From: Candidatus Woesearchaeota archaeon
Lineage (GTDB): Archaea; Nanobdellota; Nanobdellia; Woesearchaeales; UBA10200
NCBI GenBank assembly: GCA_018302185.1
Contig: JAGVZX010000110.1
Location: 1-39,553, forward strand
Length of the DNA: 39,553 bases
Direction: 5' to 3'
Position numbers and translations under genes: made by a program. A model generated the notes under the pieces. It was not told where the DNA came from and made no database searches. It saw only the letters and a list, made by a program, of their open reading frames with translations. This document shows positions 17,545 to 25,558 of the stretch, piece by piece. Each line of letters begins with the position of its first letter. Within the stretch, counting starts at the first letter, position 1.

Positions 17545-19044
17545 ATGAACAAAGAACTGATCCAATCATTAGTGAAAAAGGAGTGGTATATACAGGGCAT
17601 TGCAGCAGTTCCTGTCTTTGTTTTTGCGTGCTCGATCTCTGGTATAAAAGCATGCAAAAAAACTCTTGGTTATGGGTATTCTAAGTTTATCTATGACTTC
17701 CAGAAGGATTATCTTGAATTATACTACAGCAGAGAAGACCTTCAATATATGTGTGATGAGTTCATGAAATGGTACAAGAAAGATAAAAATTACTTGAACT
17801 GGCTTGATGAGAAGAGTAATGAGGAAAAAAAGCCATTCTTTGAGTATATGAAAGAGCACCTTAACAGCCTTTCCAGATTAGATGACAACACGCTTCTGGA
17901 GCATTACAAAAAATTCGCAAACATGTTCTATTTTGCTTTTGGCGCATCTCACTTAGTTGAGGGGATCTCACTTACGACTGATGTTGTGTTCAAGGATCTG
18001 CTGCTGAAATCCCTGCAAAAGCTAAGTAAAGCAGACAAGTTCACTCTCTACTTTACTGAGCTGACACAGCCTACACGAAAGATGTTTTTCCCAGAGTTTA
18101 ATAAGAGCATGTCTGATATGGTTGATTATTATAAAAAACATCAAAAACAAAATAACTACAAAGAACCATCACTCGAAGACAAAAAGCTACAAGCAATGGT
18201 TGATGCCCATGTCAAAAGATTTTTCTGGATAAGATCGCAGTGGGACAAGGCAAGAGAATATACTCAGCAAGATGTAATTGATGAGATCAAGGATGCAGTA
18301 GATAAGAACGAGCAGATAACTGTTACAACTGATGCGCAGCTTATGAAGAATCTTTTGCGTAAAAAGAAATTGTTTAAAGAGCTAAACCTAAACCAAGAAT
18401 TGATCGACTTGGTCGAGATCACTGATTTTGTGACTTATTGGCAGGACCAGAGAAAGATAGTTATCTTATCTGGTGTTTATGCTTTCCAGCAGTTTGTCGA
18501 TGAGATAGCCAAGCGTTTTAATGTTGATTCTCGCGACCTCAAATATCTGTTGGCAGATGAAGTTAATCCAGATGATATTGGCTCCATCAAAAACATCAAC
18601 CTCAGAGAAAGAAGGAAGGCAAGCATATTTATCCATTATAAAGATCAGTTAGAAGTATTTACAGGAAATAGATACAAAGAGATCAAAGCCTTGCTTGTAA
18701 AGCAGCATAAGGAAGATGATGTCAAAGAGCTTAATGGAATGTGCGCTTCATTAGGCTGTGTGACTGGCAGAGTTAAAGTCTGTATAAATGCAGCAGAAAT
18801 CTCTAAAGTTGAAAAAGGAGATATACTTGTCACTTCAATGACAAGGCCAGAATTTGTGCCTGCGATGAAAAAAGCAGCTGCAATTATTACAGACGAAGGT
18901 GGCATCACAAGCCATGCTGCAGTGATAAGTAGGGAGTTAAAGATACCATGCATCATCGGCACGAAGAATGCAACCAAGCGCCTCAAAGACGGAGATTTGG
19001 TTATGGTAAATGCAAATCATGGATTGGTAAGGATTCTGAAGTAA
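17545..19044 (+). CDS. PEP-utiliser swivel domain protein, family copy P2
   Basis: GMCASLGCVTGRVKV...GDILVTSMTRPEFVPAMKKAAAIITDEGGITSHAAVISRELKIPCIIGT...VNANHGLVRILK. It lies in tandem 50 nt after P1. Confidence 0.85.
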   Translation: MNKELIQSLVKKEWYIQGIAAVPVFVFACSISGIKACKKTLGYGYSKFIYDFQKDYLELYYSREDLQYMCDEFMKWYKKDKNYLNWLDEKSNEEKKPFFEYMKEHLNSLSRLDDNTLLEHYKKFANMFYFAFGASHLVEGISLTTDVVFKDLLLKSLQKLSKADKFTLYFTELTQPTRKMFFPEFNKSMSDMVDYYKKHQKQNNYKEPSLEDKKLQAMVDAHVKRFFWIRSQWDKAREYTQQDVIDEIKDAVDKNEQITVTTDAQLMKNLLRKKKLFKELNLNQELIDLVEITDFVTYWQDQRKIVILSGVYAFQQFVDEIAKRFNVDSRDLKYLLADEVNPDDIGSIKNINLRERRKASIFIHYKDQLEVFTGNRYKEIKALLVKQHKEDDVKELNGMCASLGCVTGRVKVCINAAEISKVEKGDILVTSMTRPEFVPAMKKAAAIITDEGGITSHAAVISRELKIPCIIGTKNATKRLKDGDLVMVNANHGLVRILK

Positions 19045-19084
19045 TTATAAAAATTTAAATATCTAATTCCAAGAATAATAAAAA

Positions 19085-21256
19085 CTAATGTGTTAGCTGA
19101 ACATATGATTCGGCAATGACTTTAGCAAGATCTTTCATATCAAACGATGCTTTTCTAAAGTTTACTCCAGTACCTCTTAGCTCTTTCATTGATGCCCTAT
19201 CAATTTGATTTACCCTGATCACTAAAGGAGTAACGCCAAAAGCTGCTGCTTCTTGCACAGCAGTAGCCATGTCAGCCCATGCATATCTTCCTTCATATTG
19301 CTGCTCCATATCCCATTTTTTTCTGTTTTCATCTGCAAGAATTTTTGATGTCGGATCAAATAATCGGTCATCATGCGGAGCGCCATCATTAAGATAAATC
19401 AAAAGCTTTATTTCTTCTGGACGAGATGAAAGCAGATATGTACCATGCCTGATTATTGCGCCATCCCTATTTTTGTACTGAGGCTCCAGCTGATTAAGCC
19501 TTTCACGCAGAGTTTCTCTTCCAAGAGAATCATCAAAACCCTTTAGTTTATAGAAAAAAGTAGTTCTTGATTTAATACCATAACCTTTTGAATGCTTACC
19601 TTCAACTTTGCTTGTGACAGCATAGATAGCACACGGATCATTGCAGACATCAAGTCCTACAGCAAAATACATCGTTGCTTCTTTTAATTTATCTAGCACA
19701 GAATGTTCTGGATCTATCAACTCACCTGTTGAATCGCTGACATCTATCAATAATAATGCTGCTACGCTTCGTTCCTCTCTTCTAGGCTCATAACAAAATA
19801 AAGGTCTGACAGGAGTATCTGCTTTGAGTTTGGCTAAAAATCTTGAATACTCCCTTTTATCCATCCTTCTTCCTGGCTTAGGCATTAACTTTCTTTTTAT
19901 TACGAGCCCTTCTGGACTAAGAGAATCAAATTGCGCTTTTATATTTCTCTCAATAGATTCTTCAGGCTCAGAAAAACCAAATACTGGCTGTTCTGGTTTT
20001 GGGATGTCTTTTTCATGTACTATTACATGCTGCTGCATAAACCTGCCTTGAATATAATTCCATTCATGATAACTAGGATCTCCAACTAAAGAAAGTTTTT
20101 TTCTGGTTGCTAATGCTATAGCTGCTTCTCTTTTATATATTACTCCTTTTTCATCCTTCATACTACGTGGATTAGATACATTATTTAAATTATCAAGAAC
20201 ATCTCGTATATTTCTTTCAACATCAGGCACAGATACATTCTGAGCAGGGTCAAGAATTGGCAGCTTGCTATCTAGCATTAGCTCAACTATCCTAAAATAA
20301 AGATCAACTGCTACTCTAACTGAATCATGGATATCTTTTTCAGATTCGAAAATCTTTCTGCTTATATTGAAGAGATCTTCTACAATCGGTTTAACTGCTT
20401 TTTCCCACTGTTCTAGCACAGCCGATCTTGAAGGATTATATTTTACTATATCTGCAAGAGATTTATGCCTTTCGTCTTCTTTTGACTGATATTTTCTGAA
20501 TTCATTGTCAAAATCCATAGACTGAAATAATAAAGAATATTCAAATCTTCGCATCACAAAATCAAATAAATAGGGTGATTGAAGTGTTGGTCTTGCACTG
20601 CATGATCTTTTTATGATATCTTTAGCTAAACAGTCATAAAAATAAGAAAGATTTCTTGAGCACCAGTCATATGAAGCTGGAAAATCCCTAAAAAAATTAC
20701 CCATTATCCTTCCTCTTTCTATAATCCCTATTAAATCACCCATAAGATTAAAGTGAAGAAAATAAGCTGCAAAATTGTATTTATATTTAATAGGTAATTC
20801 AATTTTAGAGAGCTCTGATTTTATTAAATCAAATTTAGGATATACATCTATCAGACCGGGTTCTGTTCCTTCTAATCCAGATAACAAATACGCTTGACAA
20901 TGATGTACCGGATTATGTTTTCCAAATCTTTCTTTGCCTTCTTTATATGCAGCTTTTACTATATCTGCAAGTGTTTTATTATTAAACCCTTTATTATAAC
21001 GAAACTGGGCTGCATTAAGCGCTGCAAGCGCAACATAAGTCATCTTATTATCTTCCCTATCCTCAAACACATTTATTTGCTCAGGAAAATTTGCTATAAT
21101 TGCTTTATCACGATCACGCGCATCACCAATTCCAAGTCCAGTATTGCCGTTGAAAAGAATTTCAATAGGTACTGTTGCTATTGCCCTCATATAAGCTCTA
21201 AGCAAACTATTTACTTCATCTATCCTAACTATTGGAGATTCAACAGCCATGCTCAT
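19085..21256 (-). CDS. NorD/CbbO/CobT-type von Willebrand factor A protein
   Basis: The C-terminal vWA has an intact MIDAS DVSDS (19730-19744). RDGAIIRHG, LLIYLNDGAPHD and YEGRYAWADMATAVQEAAAFG are family hallmarks. The YHEWNY motif lies upstream of the vWA. It is the last gene of the operon, 17 nt after the AAA+ gene. Confidence 0.8.
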   Translation of the reverse strand: MSMAVESPIVRIDEVNSLLRAYMRAIATVPIEILFNGNTGLGIGDARDRDKAIIANFPEQINVFEDREDNKMTYVALAALNAAQFRYNKGFNNKTLADIVKAAYKEGKERFGKHNPVHHCQAYLLSGLEGTEPGLIDVYPKFDLIKSELSKIELPIKYKYNFAAYFLHFNLMGDLIGIIERGRIMGNFFRDFPASYDWCSRNLSYFYDCLAKDIIKRSCSARPTLQSPYLFDFVMRRFEYSLLFQSMDFDNEFRKYQSKEDERHKSLADIVKYNPSRSAVLEQWEKAVKPIVEDLFNISRKIFESEKDIHDSVRVAVDLYFRIVELMLDSKLPILDPAQNVSVPDVERNIRDVLDNLNNVSNPRSMKDEKGVIYKREAAIALATRKKLSLVGDPSYHEWNYIQGRFMQQHVIVHEKDIPKPEQPVFGFSEPEESIERNIKAQFDSLSPEGLVIKRKLMPKPGRRMDKREYSRFLAKLKADTPVRPLFCYEPRREERSVAALLLIDVSDSTGELIDPEHSVLDKLKEATMYFAVGLDVCNDPCAIYAVTSKVEGKHSKGYGIKSRTTFFYKLKGFDDSLGRETLRERLNQLEPQYKNRDGAIIRHGTYLLSSRPEEIKLLIYLNDGAPHDDRLFDPTSKILADENRKKWDMEQQYEGRYAWADMATAVQEAAAFGVTPLVIRVNQIDRASMKELRGTGVNFRKASFDMKDLAKVIAESYVQLTH

Positions 21257-21273
21257 TTATCTCATCCCCTAAA

Positions 21274-22086
21274 TCATCCCCTAACATTTGTTTTTATTAA
21301 TTTATCTACAGCTTCAATTACAGTCTGATCATGCGATAGAACAACACTAATACATGCATGACAAGCTTCATAAGAGGGAGTACCTGAAACGATTTGCTGC
21401 GCTGCTTTAATTAAAGAATGATATCCAATCGATTCTTTTAGGCTTCCAGCATATTCTTGTGACCTATGCAGCTCATCTATAGTTTTAGCAAGCATATCCA
21501 ACTGCCTTGCCAATTTTAAGTCAATACCGCTTTCATTAACAATAATATCTACGCCTTGCTCACCCCTTACATAACTGAATTCTATGCCGACAAATCTTTG
21601 CGCTAAGCTTGGCTTTGGAAATCTTCTTGCTGCTTTTTGATAAGCTGCTCCTGGATTCATAGAGACAATAAACATAAAATCTTTGCCAGGCCTGATCACT
21701 TCGCCTATCTCTCCAACATGAAGTTCCCTTCTCCAATCTGCTAATGTATGGCATAACGGCAAAACATCTTCATTCATCTCTAATATCTCTTCTAAATGAG
21801 TATATGCTTGAATTTTTGCACCGATATACAATGGCCCTGGAATAAAAACACTTTCATATCCAGGAATTGTAATGCATGGCATTCCGTGCTGATATGCCAT
21901 AAAATCAACAAATCTAGATTTACCAGAGCCTGTTGGCCCTAACAGCATTACTGACTGTCCATTTTTCTTAGCATTCTCAAATATCTGCACTTCATTGCCA
22001 ACTGGATGATAAAATGGTTTTTTCTGTACTTTAAATTGCTCAACATATTTTGAGATATCTTTTTCATCAAATTCAATTTTTATCAT
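21274..22086 (-). CDS. CbbQ/NorQ/NirQ-type (MoxR-class) AAA+ ATPase
   Basis: PFYHPVGNEVQIFENAKKNGQSVMLLGPTGSGKSRFVDFMA carries Walker A at 21916-21939. SMNPG (sensor 1 context), LAQRF and the 270-aa length match the family. Walker B reads THLEE (21787-21798). Confidence 0.85.
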   Translation of the reverse strand: MIKIEFDEKDISKYVEQFKVQKKPFYHPVGNEVQIFENAKKNGQSVMLLGPTGSGKSRFVDFMAYQHGMPCITIPGYESVFIPGPLYIGAKIQAYTHLEEILEMNEDVLPLCHTLADWRRELHVGEIGEVIRPGKDFMFIVSMNPGAAYQKAARRFPKPSLAQRFVGIEFSYVRGEQGVDIIVNESGIDLKLARQLDMLAKTIDELHRSQEYAGSLKESIGYHSLIKAAQQIVSGTPSYEACHACISVVLSHDQTVIEAVDKLIKTNVRG

Positions 22087-22966
22087 TTGCGTTCACCATC
22101 TCATTCGCAACATCTTCGATTAGCAATGATTTAGCAACTTGCTGGACATAGAATTGGTCTGCACGGCCTTCTCTTGTAGTTAAGATTTTTTCAAGACCTA
22201 GCTTCATAGCTTTTTCAGCAGTCTCTTGTTGTTCAGCTCTCTTCTCACTAGCGCGCCTTCTTTCTTTCTTCTCTTGTTCAGGAGATAACTTAAAAAGCGC
22301 ATAAGTCTGATTAACAGACTCTTCCAGATGTATTCTTGGAATTTGCTCTTCAACAACAACAGCAACAATGCCTGGCCTTGGCAAGCCTGTCAACTTATCA
22401 TGAGGGACCTTTACCTCTAATCCAGAATGAATATATTCAAATTGATTATAGCTTGTTCCAGTAGGCTTTTTATCATAGATCACAATTCTCAATAGGTAGC
22501 CTATCTTAATTTCTTCTTTAGGCATTTCTTTTGTCTTGTCATCAAGAGGAAAAGTTATCGGCTCCTGTACTCCTGCAACTATACGTGCTCTAGATACATA
22601 ATCATCAACTTTATCTCTACCGTATATATGGCAAGCCTGGCTTATTGCAACTCTTGCATTATTAAATTTAGGATGATTTGGGTCTGCAGTATTATCTAGC
22701 AATACCTGGATCTGAGCAACTTTGTATAAGATAACTTCTTCATGTGAATCATATAATTCATCTGGGCTTCTTTCATCAAAATTATCAAGCTGACCAGAAT
22801 TTGGCGGCAAAATTCTTGAACCTGATTCAGTTAAATATCTTTTTTTTGCATCAGCTAATTCCTCTAACTTAAAGTTAATGCTGTAACTGGCTTCTGCTAT
22901 ATTCATTTTTTCTGTTTTAGGTTTTTCTTTCATTCTCTTCACCAATCCTATTTTTAAAAATTTCAC
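22073..22966 (-). CDS. Orphan protein (297 aa) in the AAA+/vWA operon
   Basis: The long ORF overlaps the AAA+ start by 14 nt. The track start is a GTG at 22966, with ATG alternatives at 22933 and 22906. It has a charged C-terminal helix (EQEKKERRRASEKRAEQQETAEKAMK). No family recognised. Confidence 0.7.
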   Translation of the reverse strand: MKFLKIGLVKRMKEKPKTEKMNIAEASYSINFKLEELADAKKRYLTESGSRILPPNSGQLDNFDERSPDELYDSHEEVILYKVAQIQVLLDNTADPNHPKFNNARVAISQACHIYGRDKVDDYVSRARIVAGVQEPITFPLDDKTKEMPKEEIKIGYLLRIVIYDKKPTGTSYNQFEYIHSGLEVKVPHDKLTGLPRPGIVAVVVEEQIPRIHLEESVNQTYALFKLSPEQEKKERRRASEKRAEQQETAEKAMKLGLEKILTTREGRADQFYVQQVAKSLLIEDVANEMVNANDKN

Positions 22967-22981
22967 CTCGTTAACATAATT

Positions 22982-24262
22982 TTAAGATTTCATTGTATTT
23001 TCAAGCTGAACTCTTCGTCTTCTTGCCAACTGAAACAAATAAGATGTAAATCTCTCTGCTGCAACAGCATCATGAGTTATAGCTGAGAAATGAGAATATC
23101 TGTGTTCGACTTCCTTGAGTGGCATCTGCACCAATAGATTATATGCTGTCCTGTAAGCTAGCCTTGCTCCATATTGAATGGCAGGATCATCATATTCTCC
23201 TTCAAGAGAATCCTCTCTAATCGGCAAGTACTCAGGCTGCTTTCTGCAGATATTCTTGGCATAGCTTTCAAAAAGATCAACAAACTTCAGGCTGATTGCC
23301 AGGCACATTCCGTTTTCTTTTTTGTTGTCTAGATCTTTTCTTAGGGCAATCCTTAGTTCATCAGGCGTTATAGGAAGATGCGGATCTGCAAAATGGATTA
23401 TTTTTTTTATTAGCTGTGCGTCCAAAGTTCCTCTTGTTGCTTTCAGCCATTTACTGCCTATTCTTTCACCTAATTCACTAATATATCCTAAAACATTATA
23501 GGTTGAATACGCTTTTTTTAATATCGGCAGGAAAATGCTTTCAGCATCTTCTGTATAGAGCCTTTGTTCGCGCTCAAGCCTCTTAAACTGCTGCAGGTAA
23601 TACTTCTCCTCATCTACCATCGCAGGTCTGCACTCATCATCCTCGCAAAATAATCTTGGGAATATTGCAGATGCATTGCCAGCGTTAACATAAGATCCGC
23701 TATCTTCTTTATCCTCCTCACTCAGGCACTCATTAAGTTTTTGTACAAGAAAGATATCAAATCCTATAGCTGTTCTAGAGCAGTCTAATCTGCTGCTTAA
23801 CTCTCTAACAAGATTGTCATTTTCTTTATCCTCTTCTTCACGCTCTTTCTGCCTATACTCTACTGCAAGAGTGACAAGGTCATCAATGCTATGCACTCCT
23901 ATTCTCGTTAATGGATTATAATCAAGAGGCTCAATATTGCGAATAGGCACTCCTTTCTCATAAATCAGCTGATTGACAAACCATATTGATGCTGCGTGCT
24001 CAGCAAGCATATCATTAACAACATTGTCATTAAGATGGGCTTTTAGCTTTTCATTAACATATTCGATCAGTTCAGTGTACTGCAATCTTTGATAGGCATG
24101 CTCTGCAGTGTGCAATCTCTTTTTAATCTCCATGTACCTAGCAAACCTTCTTGCCTGTACTGGATTTTCCCTAGCTAACTTCTCCAAAAATTCTTCGCTT
24201 CTTTTATTAGGTGCAAAAATTTCCATCTTACAGTACCCTTCCCTACATATGCCTATAGCCAT
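22982..24262 (-). CDS. Orphan protein (426 aa), first gene of the AAA+/vWA operon
   Basis: The long ORF is divergent from the Lrp regulator. It has an acidic central linker (REEEDKENDN, SEEDKEDSGS). No family recognised. Confidence 0.7.
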   Translation of the reverse strand: MAIGICREGYCKMEIFAPNKRSEEFLEKLARENPVQARRFARYMEIKKRLHTAEHAYQRLQYTELIEYVNEKLKAHLNDNVVNDMLAEHAASIWFVNQLIYEKGVPIRNIEPLDYNPLTRIGVHSIDDLVTLAVEYRQKEREEEDKENDNLVRELSSRLDCSRTAIGFDIFLVQKLNECLSEEDKEDSGSYVNAGNASAIFPRLFCEDDECRPAMVDEEKYYLQQFKRLEREQRLYTEDAESIFLPILKKAYSTYNVLGYISELGERIGSKWLKATRGTLDAQLIKKIIHFADPHLPITPDELRIALRKDLDNKKENGMCLAISLKFVDLFESYAKNICRKQPEYLPIREDSLEGEYDDPAIQYGARLAYRTAYNLLVQMPLKEVEHRYSHFSAITHDAVAAERFTSYLFQLARRRRVQLENTMKS

Positions 24263-24325
24263 ACGCCTTAACAGTAGATAGAATATTTAGAATTAATTAG
24301 TAATTTTTCTAAAAAACCCGTAAAA

Positions 24326-24335
24326 TTTATAAATA
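24326..24335 (+). promoter_or_regulatory. TATA-box-like element for the tandem-Lrp gene
   Basis: tttataaata lies 21-30 nt upstream of the ATG at 24356. Confidence 0.45.
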
Positions 24336-24355
24336 AACCTAGTTTATTATGCACT

Positions 24356-25474
24356 ATGGGTGAAAAAAATAAAGAATTGATAGATTCAGTAAGATCACCA
24401 GGCCAGATAATTGCGCCTAAGCAGCCTAAAACTGTCAAATTAGACATTATAGACAGGAGAATAATCTACGTGTTATTGGTAAATTCGCGGCTTAGCGCAA
24501 CAAAGATCGCTAAGCTTCTTGGCATCCCAAAAGAAAAAGTGATGTACAGGATAAATAGGCTTGTTGAAGAAAAAGTGATTGTAGAGTTTTATACAGCTAT
24601 TAACACAACAAGGCTTGGATATGATCTTTTTATGCTCAATATTAGCTTAAAAAACACAAGCCAGCAGGAATTAAAGAACTTAGTTGTTGAAATGCAGAAG
24701 ATGCACTATGTTAATTGGGTTATGACTTCTTTTGGAAGCTGGGATCTCATGACAATGATCCAGGCAAAAGGGCTAGGGCATCTGGACAAAATATTAGATG
24801 AAGTATTCACTTGCATAGGAAGCAAATTAAGGGATTATAGTATCTTCTCGATTGTAGATTTCCAGCACACAACCCCGCGCTATCTTACGCTTGACATCAA
24901 AATGCCTCAAATAAAACTTATCGGGAAAAGAGATTTTTCGTATTTTAAGGAGCTAGAAGAAAGAAATGCCAAAGAGGCAAGCCAAAAGATAAGCCTTGAT
25001 AACATAGATGTTGAGCTGTTGAATTCAATTGCATCTAACTCCAGAAAATCATTAAAAGAGATCGGAGAAGAAATTGGAATATCAAGTGATGCAGCTAATT
25101 ACAGGCTTAGAAAATTAATAATGCAAGATCTCATAACAGGATTCAAGGTGCGCCTAAATCATTATTTATTCGGCTATCAGTTTCAGTTCGTGTTCGTAAA
25201 AATCCCTTACATGTCTGATGATAAAAAAAAGCAATTTGTTTATTTCTGTAAAAACCATCATCTAATAAATGCAGTGTTCAAGCTCATAGGCCAGTGGAAC
25301 TTTGCATTTGAGGTTTTCAGCAAGGATGTAATGGAGCTAAAGATGTTTGAAGCAGAGCTAACTGAACTCTTTGGCGACATAATCCAGAACATAACGCTGT
25401 CCTTGGAGTTCAACCAGTACAAGTTTACTTATCTTGGAGAGGGAATTTATACTGACTTAAAAAAGAGTGTCTAG
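24356..25474 (+). CDS. Tandem (double) Lrp/AsnC-family transcriptional regulator
   Basis: Two HTH_AsnC-like units are present: IDRRIIYVLLVNSRLSATKIAKLLGIPKEKVMYRINRLVEEKVI and IDVELLNSIASNSRKSLKEIGEEIGISSDAANYRLRKLIMQDLI. Each is followed by a RAM-like segment. Confidence 0.8.
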   Translation: MGEKNKELIDSVRSPGQIIAPKQPKTVKLDIIDRRIIYVLLVNSRLSATKIAKLLGIPKEKVMYRINRLVEEKVIVEFYTAINTTRLGYDLFMLNISLKNTSQQELKNLVVEMQKMHYVNWVMTSFGSWDLMTMIQAKGLGHLDKILDEVFTCIGSKLRDYSIFSIVDFQHTTPRYLTLDIKMPQIKLIGKRDFSYFKELEERNAKEASQKISLDNIDVELLNSIASNSRKSLKEIGEEIGISSDAANYRLRKLIMQDLITGFKVRLNHYLFGYQFQFVFVKIPYMSDDKKKQFVYFCKNHHLINAVFKLIGQWNFAFEVFSKDVMELKMFEAELTELFGDIIQNITLSLEFNQYKFTYLGEGIYTDLKKSV

Positions 25475-25558
25475 CATATTAGCTTTTATCTATTTATGTT
25501 CGTCAAAATTTGGCAGTTGCTGAAACTTTTGTCGTTATATCTAAACAAATCTTTTTAT

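Noticed and set aside
19085-22086. Rubisco activase (CbbQO) or nitric-oxide reductase maturation (NorQD) as the function of the AAA+/vWA pair
   Set aside because: No Rubisco large-subunit, NorB/NorC or CobN-like sequence is recognisable in the operon or anywhere else in the window. The family assignment is kept but the specific function is not transferred.
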